From Chiloscyllium plagiosum (Eukaryota), in contig NC_057718.1 in assembly GCF_004010195.1 (NCBI RefSeq), positions 48,024,507-48,088,506 on the forward strand: a stretch of DNA of 64,000 nt. Reading direction: 5' to 3'. The stretch's first letter is position 1; every line of letters begins with the position of its first letter. Shown here piece after piece: positions 1 through 12,199 of the stretch. Under the pieces are notes generated by a model. The model was not told where the DNA came from, made no database searches, and saw only the letters and a program-made list of their open reading frames with translations. Made by a program: the position numbers and the translations under genes.

Positions 1-2061
1 GCACAGAAAAGGAAATAACGCCATGACAGAAAATATTAAATCGATTATACTTTGTGTTCACAGAGACATCCAGAAAAGTGATTGTATTTCCAGCATTACT
101 GAGAAAGGAGTAGAGTCTGAAACTCAACCTTAGTTAGTAAAGGGAAACAAGGCATCAGGCCAAGTTGAACTTCCTACAAGTGATCCATGAAACTGGTCAT
201 GAGCACAGCACTATTATTGGGAAATTGTTAGAAATGGGAGCAGTTCCTTAATGATTGGAAAGTAGATAAAAGATAAAATGAATAGTTTTTTTTGAAAAGT
301 ACAAGGGCAATCCAGGAAAGCAAAGATCGAGGGAGCCTGACATTTGTTGTGGGCTTGCTCTGGAACAGATACTTAAGGAGGCACTAATCAAATATCTAAA
401 TAAGCACAGTAAGGAAATCAAGAGTCAGTATGGAATTCCAGGAAATAAGACATGACAATTTATGTCATGTTTGATTCAAAGCATAACTGTTTCTCTTTTC
501 ACTCATGTTGCCTGGGAATTATGAGAGTGTGATCATGCTTAACAAACTTGCAAGTCCTTAGGACTTGCTGATAATAGAAATTCCATGGCTGTGACACAGT
601 CCTCCAGTTGAACCACTTCAACTCTGAGTACTAGTAGCTTCTATTACTGTCAGACCTTCACTCCGATTAGGGCTGACATGTAAATGACAGTCCAAGTCAA
701 TACAACTTCCATTACATTCTGTTAATCTTTTGATGTTATTTGTAATTTTCTTCAGGCTTATTTTTTAAATAAATAGATTCTGTTCAAGCTCACAGGTGCT
801 CTGTGAAAAGGACAAGAAATTATGGGTTCAACTTCATTAGTTTCACCAATCATGGTTAATAAAAGGCACCATTAACGTGGGAGACAAACAGGAAGTGCAC
901 ATATATTTATTAGGCCATCATGGAATATTGCCATCCAGCACTCACACAGCAATGCCATGGAAACAGAGTGGAATGCTGACCCCAGCAGTAGGTTACTGTG
1001 CAAGAACAAAATCTGAGAAATCCTGAATAGGACAAATTGTAGCAAATCTGCACAAGACCACATCAAAATGTTCACAATTAACAACTTAACTACATATTAC
1101 TACATAATGCCAATTACTATTGCAATTATACATTGCTTGTAATTTAGAAGTCTACACTGCAACAACCCCCCCCCCCCCCCCGCCCCCTACAAATAACACG
1201 ACTAAAACATGGTGGTGTAATGTAGGATCACATCCAGCAAACAATAGCTACTTACTGGATTAGTTCAACATCAAGTCACAGTATGTTCAAAGATATGTAA
1301 AATAGTGCTCAGATACTTCATGTCCAAAGTGGCTCGGTATGAACAGGGAACATTTCTCCAATAATGCATACTGACAATATATCTCAATTAAAATAATAAC
1401 ATTCAAATGTCTTTTTAAAAAACATTAAGCTGCTCTCAGCCTTGTTCTCTGAAATACAGACACACTGTTCTTACTTCAAAATTCTCTCTTTTTTTTCCCC
1501 CCTTACATCCTATTCCAATCAAATTGCTGGTATGTGTCCAAAGTCTAATGGCCTATGAAATGGTCACTAGTAAGTTGTCAGGAGACTCAGAGCAACTTGC
1601 CGGTCTTTGGAAATGTGCCTAGTCTCATTAATTGCTTGTATTCAATGCTTTTAAACCAACAATAATTTCCTAGGCCTAAGATGTTTCATAGCGACGCAAG
1701 TGAAAAGAAGGGGAGATTGAACTAAAGGTTAGGTAGGAGGGGTAGACAAAAATTCAGTCAAATAAGTGCATGGAAATTAAACATACACAAGAAACTTACG
1801 GCTACTGGAGACCAATCAATAGCTCCAAGACATCACTCCAAAGATATTTTTAAGGTAGACTTTTTCGAATCAAGAAACGTCGAACAATTACCACTGCAAC
1901 ACTAGACCTCCTAAAATATCACTAACTCTGGAATCCAGGCCTTCTATTCGTGAGGTAGGACTCTAAACTGCAGCGTAAGCCTCCCTGACCTTGCCTTGAT
2001 CATAAGGTTAGAGGCGGTATTTTCTGATGACTGCAGAATGTTCAATTCCTCAAATGAGGCA

Positions 2062-2200
2062 GAGTAGAGAATGCGGTGCTAGAGAAGCACAGCAGGTTAG
2101 ACAGCATCCGAGGAGAGCAGGAGAAACGATGTCTCGGGCATATGCCCTTCAACAGGAATCAGGGCTCTGATCTCCAGTATCTGCAGTCCTCACTTCCTCC
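2062..2200. mobile_element. Short Penelope-terminus-derived (family A) insertion, degenerate
   Basis: gtgctagagaagcacagcaggttagacagcatccgaggag...tctccagtatctgcagtcctcac, with flanking aaatgaggcag/aaatgaagcag as an approximate TSD. Confidence 0.6.
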
Positions 2201-3664
2201 TAAATGAAGCAGTCAAGCTGCTAAATAATTAGCATTTTCTCTTCTCTCCTGTAGTACAAATTGTTACAATAGTTTGAAATTTAGCACTCGAATTTATCTT
2301 GATGAATACAAAGTGAAAAGCTTCAGCAACATATCCATCTTTTCAGCAGTATTCAAAATCTGTACTGTCAAGTGTCTAATAATTCAATTTCTGCAAATGA
2401 TGTCACTAAAGGGCAAAAATCTAGAAGCAGTTAGGACCAAGGATAGATCCCCAAAGAATTTTGGAGGAGACAATGTGCACTGAGGAAAAAAAAACTACTG
2501 GCAGAAACATTCTGTTCACGTAAAATTGGAACCAATCTGTCATTGCTTAGCCTCTTTCTGCTATGGGAGGGATGAAATCTGATTGCAAGGATTTCAACAG
2601 AAGGTCGAGGGAGAAATAAGCATTGATCAGGTCACAACACGATCAAGCCTTGTGCTGAGATGGGTGAAGGAAGGAAGGAAGGTGGAAACACGGCAGTAGC
2701 GTGAAAGAACAGAAGAGTAAGAAGTTGAGGTAGATGATGGAGGTCTTGAAAGAAAAAGAGTATCAATTACTTTGTTGGGACATCAGCAATCTAGAGAGAA
2801 CACAGCCAAAGGAGCATAAGATGGGCCTCTAGAATGGCATCATTTTGCTAGAGTGTAGATGGGTGGAAGATGAGCATTCAAAACTAGGGAGATGGGAATT
2901 AGTTTGATGGGTAAGAGGATGGTAGAGGTAGGAGCAGCTTTTAAAAGATGGTCTCACTGTACTTTGGTGACAAAGAAAATCAGGTGTTTCACAGACTTTG
3001 AAGCTCTTCAATATCTTTCATTTCCATTGCATTAATGATGTATATAATATCCCCACATACATTCTTTACTAAATACTGATATTTGTTAAGTGTATCTATT
3101 TAATGTCGTTAGATATTTTACTTCAGCATCCAATGGGTTGCTGGGCAAATCATTTGAATCACAGCTCTCAGCATAATATAATGTCATTAAATATTTTGAG
3201 TAAATTTAGCACCAACTCGCTTCCATTAGGGAGCTGGCAGGTCATGCAGGATCTTCCCACAAATACATTGTCTTATATTATGTCTTGTATGAGGGTAGAA
3301 ATCCTGATTTAAGACACTTGCCAAAGGAGAGCTGCATCATAGAGTACAATGAAAAGAAAACACAGATGAGGGTAAAATCGTTCAACAAGACATCGAGGAC
3401 AGGAATTCTCAGTAGTGTACTATCCCACAGAATTCTGTATTTTTTAATCTCATCACCAATTCTAACAACAGCATGAACATCAACAACTTGTAGAGTTTTT
3501 TTTAAACACACTAAAAGATCCAATAAATGCACAAAACAATTCTAGTGAGGAATAGTGGGTTACAGAAGATGAATGAATGTGATCAAAAATGTACATTTTG
3601 AATGGATGTTTTATACTTGTGCTGATTTTATTCCTTAATAAAAGTATATTCAATAATTCTAAAA

Positions 3665-4290
3665 AAAACTTTCATTTATGTTTTTCAAGACCATCAGATA
3701 TTTCAAAGTCCTTTACAGCAAACTAATTACAGTCAGCCAATTTACATACAGCAAGCTTCCACAAACATCACTGTGATAATGATCACAATGTGATGTTGGA
3801 GATGCTTAAATATCATCCAGAATGCTATGAAAAACTCAAATAAAAACAAAATACTGCAGCTGCTGGAGATCTGAAATAATAACAGGAAATGCTGGAGAAC
3901 TCCACAGGTTAGCATCTGTGGAGAGCGAAACAGAGTTAATGTTGAGGCCCTTGACTATTTTGAGTTAGGAATCAATATTAATTCTGTTTCTCTCTCCACA
4001 GATGCTCTCAGATGTGCTTAATTTCTCCAAAACTTTTTGTTTTATACCAGGGATAACTCCCCAGCTCTTCTTCAAAATAGTTTCAAGAGATTGTTACATT
4101 TGATTCAGTAGGAAGATGAGAAATGGACTTAACATTCCAGCTGAAAGACAGCTCCTCCAATAGCAGAGCACTCAGTCGGTACTCCATGGGAGTGTTAGAT
4201 CTGATTTTTTGGCTCAAACTCTACTTTGGGATTTGATCCCAAAAATTTGTGACTGGAGGTAAAAACGTTTGAGCCAATCTGACACCATCA
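3665..4290 (-). mobile_element. SacSINE1/Deu-type SINE interrupted by a palindromic element (~3835-4045)
   Basis: Reverse complement resembles the recalled DeuSINE body and tail; the internal inverted repeat reads gcatctgtggagag..aaacagagttaat / attaattctgtttctctctccacagatgc. Confidence 0.6.
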
Positions 4291-4762
4291 AGCCACAAGG
4301 AAAGTTATTGGATGTAAACTAGTGCTAGTTAGCACCAAATATTAGCAAGTATAGGTTTCCTCTTTGAAACATGCCTTTTTACAAAAAAACTTTCTTTTAA
4401 AAAAAAATGAAAATCACAAGTTTTTCTATTCATTCAGGAACCTAAATAGCATTTAATACTATCTACAAAGAAGAACAAATAAAAATCATTTTAAAAGTGC
4501 CATAGGACAAGACTTGTATAAATATTATTACTGTACAATTATAAGTGAGACACTGAAATTGTTGGACCAGGTTACCGACCAACATTAATCACAACAGAAT
4601 ATCTATGGATCAAGTGCTCGAGAAACAAAGAAAAACCACATTGATGATAGCTTATTGATTGCTAAAATAAGATTAACACATACATGCAAGTACTATAACA
4701 TAGTAAATTGTACTTCATTTGGCAATATGAAAATCTATAATCAACTCCTCTTAAATTCTTAC

Positions 4763-5000
4763 CTGTATAGCCTGCTGTCCAACCCCATGAAGACACCATA
4801 GCCAGCAGCCATTTGAACATTATTCCTTCAATGTGCCAGAACAGCTTACTATCAATCAATTTCAATGGCTGAAGAACTATGAGATACAAAACATAAGATG
4901 GAATCGCAACCAGGTTGTTGACAACCATAAAAAGAAATCGGATTGTGCCTTTCACGAAAACCCAGCTACCATGCTGTATTTCCTTTCTGTTCATTGCCAT
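4763..5000 (-). CDS. LPGAT1: LPGAT1 (lysophosphatidylglycerol acyltransferase 1) first coding exon, 238 nt; the gene continues beyond the left edge of the window
   Basis: Translation MAMNRKEIQHGSWVFVKGTIRFLFMVVNNLVAIPSYVLYLIVLQPLKLIDSKLFWHIEGIMFKWLLAMVSSWGWTAGYT matches the recalled LPGAT1 N-terminus (FMVVNNLVAIPSY...FWYIEGIM.KWLL.MV.SWGW.AGYT). Acceptor tttctgcag puts the exon start at 5014. Phase-1 donor G|GTAAG follows 4763. Confidence 0.93.
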
Positions 5001-5971
5001 GCCTCGACTGAGCCCTGCAGAAACAATGATAGATTATTGCACAAAATGAAAAAAAAAAAGAGGGAAAAATAAACACTAAGATTAACACATACATGCAAGT
5101 ACTATAACATAGTAAATTGTACTTCATTTGGCAAACATGTTGCGATTAATGTTTGTTCTACGTAATGACATAAAAGTGATATAGTTATTTCTTGTCATCA
5201 CTTAATTGGTACTGAAGAAGTCCTAAATGTGTTATAACCTTGCAGATCATTGTTCAAAAATACTGGTGACAGGGAGCTAAAGGAACACAAAGAAAAGTAT
5301 TGGTATCTGAATCTTATGATAGTATTCAGCATTGAAAGGTCATACTATGAAGTAGAACTCAGCAACTGCACAGCTTGCAATGAAGCTTGAGAAATGTCTA
5401 GGGAGCAAATCAGCTATTGCCCAAAGGGCAGTAGCTGTCAAGGTCATTGTGTATAAGTAAACCAAGTGCAAAATGTAACTAATGAAATGAACTGTACAAA
5501 ACTGAATCAGTCACAAGTTGGACACGTTTATCATGAAAACCTATATAAAAAGTGTGGTAGTGGACAAAATTCAGCTATACTAAATCTGCAGTTGTTATGT
5601 TCCATTTCTGGAGGAGGATTTGCAGCTGAATACTCTGAATTGTAGACCTGCTGCCAGGAATAAGCTTTCCAACTTCAACGAAACAATTATTTTGAGCACA
5701 AGTGCAAGCATTTGCTTTTTTCAAAACACTTTTTAAAATTACAAAATCCTTAAAATTACATTATCTGAACACTTTTTAAACTGACACTGCACTAGATTAT
5801 ACCTCCCTCAGTGGAGAACCTAAACACATCTGGAGTCTCTTACTTGAGCCACTGCATACTCACGCCAGGTTGAGATCTGATTGGAGACATCTTGAGCAAG
5901 ACAGCAGAATTATTAAGAGTGTAACTGTGCTACTAATCTACATTATTTACAATTAACTTTAAAAAGCTGTA

Positions 5972-7675
5972 GGACAAAGTGAGGACTGCAGATGCTGGAG
6001 ATCAGAGCTGAAAATGTGTTGCTGGAAAAGCGCAGGTCAGGCAGCATCCAAGGAACAGGAGAATCGACGTTTTGGGCATAAGCCCTTCTTCAGGATTGAG
6101 GAAAGTGTGTCCAGCAGGCTAAGATAAAAGATAGGGAGGAGGGACTTGAGGGAGGGGCGTTGGAAATGCAATAGGTGGAAGGAGGTCGAGGTGAGGGTGA
6201 TTGGCTGGAATTGGTTGGGGGCGGAGAGGTCAGGAAGAATATTGCAGGTTAGGAAGGCGGTGCTGAGTTCGAGGGATTTGACTGAGACAAGGTGGGGGAG
6301 GGGTAATTAGTAAACTGGAGAAATCTGAGTTCATCCCTTGTNNNNNNNNNNNNNNNNNNNNNNNNNNNNNNNNNNNNNNNNNNNNNNNNNNNNNNNNNNN
6401 NNNNNNNNNNNNNNNNNNNNNNNNNNNNNNNNNNNNNNNNNNNNNNNNNNNNNNNNNNNNNNNNNNNNNNNNNNNNNNNNNNNNNNNNNNNNNNNNNNNN
6501 NNNNNNNNNNNNNNNNNNNNNNNNNNNNNNNNNNNNNNNNNNNNNNNNNNNNNNNNNNNNNNNNNNNNNNNNNNNNNNNNNNNNNNNNNNNNNNNNNNNN
6601 NNNNNNNNNNNNNNNNNNNNNNNNNNNNNNNNNNNNNNNNNNNNNNNNNNNNNNNNNNNNNNNNNNNNNNNNNNNNNNNNNNNNNNNNNNNNNNNNNNNN
6701 NNNNNNNNNNNNNNNNNNNNNNNNNNNNNNNNNNNNNNNNNNNNNNNNNNNNNNNNNNNNNNNNNNNNNNNNNNNNNNNNNNNNNNNNNNNNNNNNNNNN
6801 NNNNNNNNNNNNNNNNNNNNNNNNNNNNNNNNNNNNNNNNNNNNNNNNNNNNNNNNNNNNNNNNNNNNNNNNNNNNNNNNNNNNNNNNNNNNNNNNNNNN
6901 NNNNNNNNNNNNNNNNNNNNNNNNNNNNNNNNNNNNNNNNNNNNNNNNNNNNNNNNNNNNNNNNNNNNNNNNNNNNNNNNNNNNNNNNNNNNNNNNNNNN
7001 NNNNNNNNNNNNNNNNNNNNNNNNNNNNNNNNNNNNNNNNNNNNNNNNNNNNNNNNNNNNNNNNNNNNNNNNNNNNNNNNNNNNNNNNNNNNNNNNNNNN
7101 NNNNNNNNNNNNNNNNNNNNNNNNNNNNNNNNNNNNNNNNNNNNNNNNNNNNNNNNNNNNNNNNNNNNNNNNNNNNNNNNNNNNNNNNNNNNNNNNNNNN
7201 NNNNNNNNNNNNNNNNNNNNNNNNNNNNNNNNNNNNNNNNNNNNNNNNNNNNNNNNNNNNNNNNNNNNNNNNNNNNNNNNNNNNNNNNNNNNNNNNNNNN
7301 NNNNCGCCTCATCTTCCGCCTAGGGACCCTCCAACCACAAGGGATGAACTCAGATTTCTCCAGTTTCCTCATTTCCCCTCCCCCCACCTTGTCTCAGTCA
7401 AATCCCTCGAACTCAGCACCGCCTTCCTAACCTGCAATCTTCTTCCTGACCTCTCCATCCCCACCCCACTCCGGCCTATCACCCTCACCTTGACTTCCTT
7501 CCACCTATCGCATTTCCAACACCCCTCCCCCCAAGTCCCTCCTCCCTATCTTTTATCTTAGCCTGCTGGGGACACTTTCCTCATTCCTGAAGAAGGGCTT
7601 ATGCCCAAAACGTCGATTCTCCTGTTCCTTGGATGCTGCCTGACCTACTGCGCTTTTCCAGCAACACATTTTCAG
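5972..7675. mobile_element. Penelope family A element with inverted arms spanning an assembly gap
   Basis: ~6003-6341 is the near-perfect reverse complement of ~7335-7675. 15-bp TSD CTTTAAAAAGCTGTA at 5957-5971 and 7676-7690. Confidence 0.85.
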
Positions 7676-9159
7676 CTTTAAAAAGCTGTATCCTACATTT
7701 GAGAGCACAACACAGTACATATAAAAAACTGAAGTGCAATCATGAAGCCACTATTATTTGTACTAATTTGGTCCAAAAGCCAAAGTTGTTTCAAAATTGC
7801 AATCACAAAAGCAATTTTATATTGGGAAGCTTTGCTAGAAAGAAAATGATTAAGTTATAAACATACAAATACCTCAAAGTTAACCCTTCTTTACTGAACA
7901 AATCTGAAATGTGGAAATTGTATTTGTCTTCGCCATTCACTATACATTTACCTTAACAAAGCTAGCATTGATCTCTCATAGCGCTACACCAAAGAAATTC
8001 AGGGAAATTTGGACTAAGGATTCAATTAACATTTTCGTACGATAAGAACAAAAATTGAAAGAAAATGAAAAGAAAACCTCAACATATTCAACAGAAAAAA
8101 AGTGTCAAATGTCAACTTTGAAAACTGCATTTCAACAGGCATTTCGAACGAGACTATCAGCAGGATGACACTCAATTATTGTACACCCACTTGCGTCATT
8201 TTACATCAACTTCCTTTAATCGGTTTAACAAAAATAAACAATGACTTTGGATTCTAAAAAGGCAAAATTAAAAACTAGTCCCAGACAAAGTTTACGATTC
8301 TAGGCTAAATGCAGATTATCCACATTTGGGAATCCTACGCAATCAATCCTGTAGAATACTTGCGTGAAAGGTACACTTTATCTTGCTTAACATCTCGTCC
8401 TGATCGTTCATTTACTCTGATCACGACTGTCAAAAGGCAGATGACTTAGTTTTCCTGTTGCTTGAATAACGTCTAATATATTTGCTTATGACTTCCACAC
8501 CCGCGATTTGGGGGGGGGGGGGGGAAGAAACGAAACAATCGAACAGAACTAAAATATCCGAACCCTTTCCCAAACAGAAGTAACAAACACAGTCTTACCT
8601 ATGCTGTTTGTGGCCCAGTGTGTAGAAACGGATATAAGACCAAAATGAAGAGAACAACGAGAGAACACTGGACGGTTACTATAGTGGCAGCTGAGAGGTC
8701 ATGGACTGATCGGCTGGGCGGTTACTCAAAGATATGTCGGGGATGAGCATCAGCTGCCTGAAGCCACTGGGCCAAGAATAAGCTTGCTTCCTTACTGATC
8801 TGACAAAAATACAAATAAAACAATCGGTATTTGATACCGTTCACGACATCGGCACTTGACCAGTGATAGTGCTAACCCAGCCCTTACTTGGTGCCATGCT
8901 CGTATAGGAAGGAGACTTTAAACCTATGATATTCACTTTCAAGCCAATCAACTACAACATTAGATGTTGTCTCCTTCCTCAACCGCCCGCCTTTATTAAA
9001 AAATACAAGTAATCTCCCGATCTTAATCCTCCCTGTCCCTTCGTGTAAAGATATAAACTGCTTAGTTGGTTTCTCGATACAAACCAACAAGCAGAATTAA
9101 ACCCTCTGGAAAGAGAAAAAAAGGACCTGGCTGTTTTAGTGTCGAGAGGATTGTAGCCC

Positions 9160-9540
9160 CGTCCTCTCTGAAGCAAACCTCGACCATGAAGGAGAAGTAA
9201 GCAGCCCGGCTGAACAACTGACACATATACTGTCGCTCTCACATGGCTCCAGGCGCTCGCTGCAGCAGGCTCGCGGCTCAGCGCGGGGCGGGGCCGGGTG
9301 CTGCGCATTCACCGCGCGCCCTTCCACAACCCGGGAGCCCGGTACATTCCGCTCCGACAACCTTCTTGTCTCCCCATTTACAATCTCCGGCCTTCACGTA
9401 AACCGGCCCCGGACCGCGCCCACCCCCTCCCACGTACGTACGAACGACGCACCGCGCCGGTGACGCGCTGCCGAACAATGGAAGAGAACGCGGGAGCAAA
9501 GCGAGCGGTGCCGGGCTCTTTCTAAAACCCTAACGAATGC
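9160..9540 (-). promoter_or_regulatory. CpG-island promoter / probable non-coding first exon of LPGAT1
   Basis: Sharp CpG/GC-rich patch in an AT-rich background, with GC box GGGGCGGGGC at 9285-9294, ~4.3 kb upstream of the LPGAT1 coding exon. Candidate minus-strand donors lie near 8598 (AG|GTAAGA) and 8886. Confidence 0.65.
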
Positions 9541-9774
9541 TGCTAGCACTCCAGCTAAAATATAATCACTGACATCAGTATCCTGGATACCAGCTGCTGG
9601 AAATCAGACAGCGCTCGTGGGTCCGATTTTAACTCAGCGTAAGTTTTACTGAGTTAAAAGCGGGTTCAGTGTTTCGGGTCAATTACCTTCAAATAGAAGT
9701 GGAAGGGGGGATAGACGGAAATGTCACCGCACAAACGGAGCCATGATCCTGTTCGTGCCAGCCAAAGGCTATTA

Positions 9775-10075
9775 GTCATAGAGTCGTACAGCACGGAAAC
9801 AAATCCTTTGGTTCCACTCGTCCATGCCGACCAAGTTTCCCAAACTAAATCAGTTCCATTTGGCCACTATCCCTCTAAACCTTTCCAGTTTGTGTACCTG
9901 TCCAAATAACTTTTAAATGTTTTGGCTATATCTGCATCTACCACTTCCTCAGGCAGTTCATTTCACACACGAACCACCCTCTTTGTGAAAGATTTGTCCC
10001 TCAGGACCCCTTTAAATCTTTCCCCCTCACCTTAAACAAATGGCCCCTAATTTTGAACTCTGCCACCCCCCTACC
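9775..10075 (-). mobile_element. CR1 (HER1-type) LINE 3' end
   Basis: Reverse complement of the CR1 tail (gtcatagagtcgtacagcacggaaac...), repeated many times in this window. Confidence 0.75.
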
Positions 10076-10899
10076 AAACCTCAAAATGCATCTCAGACTA
10101 AGTGTGAAAAGAAACAGTAAAGGCTCAGACCATTACCATCCAATCCTCACTAGCTGCAGATTGTCGCATGTTGCAATGTTTAAAACAAGGAAGGAAATAA
10201 TAGACCAAATAACAACAATAGTAATTGTACCTGTCTCTACCACTTGGTCCTGAAAAAGGGTTACACTTGAAACGTTGACTTCTCCACCTCCTGATGCTGC
10301 CTGGGTTGCTGTGTTTTTCCAGCCTCCTGCATGTCTACCTTGGGTTCCAGAATCTGCAGTTTTTATTGTCTCTACCAGTTCCTCTGGCAGCTTGTTCCAT
10401 ATAGCAAATGCTCCATCCTCTGTCCTGGAAGACACAGAGTTCATATCGAAGTAATGTTAAGCTTGCTTGTTTCTATCTCCATTGTCCACCATCCTCTTGG
10501 TAAAAATAATCCCCTCCATCCCTTCTGCAATTACTTTAAATCTATGCCCTTGATTACTGCGCTCTCTTTTAAGAGAAATAGCTCCTTCATAATTTCATAC
10601 ACCCTTCATCTTCAAACTTCTAAATCATATTATACTTATGTGTGAGGTTGATTTAGGCCCGCTCTGCAATTCTGGTTCATGACTGATCATCTACTTCAAT
10701 GGCATCTTCCCACACTATCCCCATTTCTTATGTCCTTAGTATCTAGGAATCTGTCAAGGTTTCTGTCAAATATATCAACAGTCTTCCGGGTTATAGAAAA
10801 GGCTGAGCCACTGGATGTTGAAAAGACTATGGGCTCAGGCAACATTTTCAGCAATAATTCTACAGACATGTGCTCCAGAACTTGCTGTGCCCCTAGCCA

Positions 10900-12180
10900 A
10901 GTTGTTCCAGTATCCGGTTGTAAGTTTACTCCTGGAGGTACATTTTCAGACGTTTCATCACCATGCTAGGTAACATCATCTGTGAGCCTCCAGTAAAGAG
11001 CTGGTTTTCTGTCCCACTTTTTATTAACGTGTCTTGGTCTCTTAAGGTGGGTGTTGTGATTTCTGGTTCTTTTTCTCAGAGCTTGGTAAATGGGATCCAA
11101 ATCGATGTGTTTATTGATGGTGTTCCGGTTTGAATGCCAGGCCTCTAGGAATTCCCATGCATATCTCTTTTTAGCCTGACCTAGGATGGATGTGTTGACC
11201 CAGTTGAAGTGGTGTCTTCTTTGTGTGTATATAAGGATATTAGTGATAGTGGGTAGTTAAGTATTTGGTCTGTGTGTTGTGAAGAGAGAATTGAGATGGA
11301 TGATAAATGTTGACGAAACCAGCGATGACCAGATCACACACAGACTAGAAACTTAACTACGGAAGCAATCATCCCAATACCCACAAATGGAGCTGCATCA
11401 GGCCACAATACGCTGCAGCACCCATGAATTACGAGCAGCAGAAGAAAAATACCTATACAGCGTACGGGTACCCCATAAACACAGTCCATCGATTTCTAAA
11501 CAACAAAACCAAACAAGCAAACACAACATGCCCAGAAACTCTAGTCACATTACTATACATCAAAGACATCTCTGAAGTGACTAGCAGACATAATCTGACC
11601 CCTTAGCATCATGACAGCCCACAAACCTACCAACACACTTAAACAAAAGCTGATGAACCTAAAGGACCCTATACCCATAACCAGCAAAACGAATGTCATT
11701 TACAAAATACCATGAAAGGACTGCAAGAAACACTACATCAGACAGACAGGCAGAAAACTAGCACCAGGATACAAACACTAACTGGCCACTAAAAGACATG
11801 ACCCACTATCACTAGTATCCTAACATGCAGGAGAAGAAGGACACCACTTTGACTGGGACAACACATCGATCCTAGGACAGGGCAAACAGCGACACGCACG
11901 GGAATTCCAAGAGGCTTGGCATTCAAATTGGAACTCTATCAATAAACACTTAGATTTGGACCCCATTTACCAACCTCTGAGAAAAAGAAACAGAAATTAT
12001 ATCAGCCATCTTAAGAGACCAAGACACATAAATAGCAAATGAGACAGAACACCAGTGCTTCACCAGAGGTTCACTGATGATGTTACCTAGCATGGTGACG
12101 AAACGTCTGAAAACAAACCTTGCAGCTTATAGAGCAAACTTACAAACTGACTGTCAACCTGAGCTATACATCTTCTCAAA
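10900..12180 (+). mobile_element. Penelope-like element fragment (family B): inverted terminal copy (10900-11255) followed by a degenerate GIY-YIG 3' end and pLTR
   Basis: NVIYKIP..KDCKKHYI remnant at ~11690-11740. 10915-11250 is the reverse complement of ~11800-12150. Hammerhead motif at 12070. Confidence 0.8.
12070..12111 (+). ncRNA. Minimal hammerhead ribozyme motif (Penelope family B)
   Basis: TTCA-CTGATGA-T-GTTACC(TAGCAT)GGTGAC-GAAA-C-GTC-TGAA. Intact core, 6-bp stem II, stem I TTCA/TGAA, GUC triplet. Confidence 0.8.
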
Positions 12181-12199
12181 GATTCTTCCAGTATAGCTA

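Noticed and set aside
1800..1910. Possible LPGAT1 exon (minus-strand tttag...GTAAGT)
   Set aside because: Stops in all three frames and no similarity to the expected VMEWGED continuation.
6230..7561. Long ORFs of 385-407 aa
   Set aside because: Artefacts of translating through N runs; the same applies to the X-filled ORFs at 31150-32686.
8884..9525. Several overlapping ORFs at the CpG island
   Set aside because: GC-rich sequence is depleted of stop codons; no recognisable protein.
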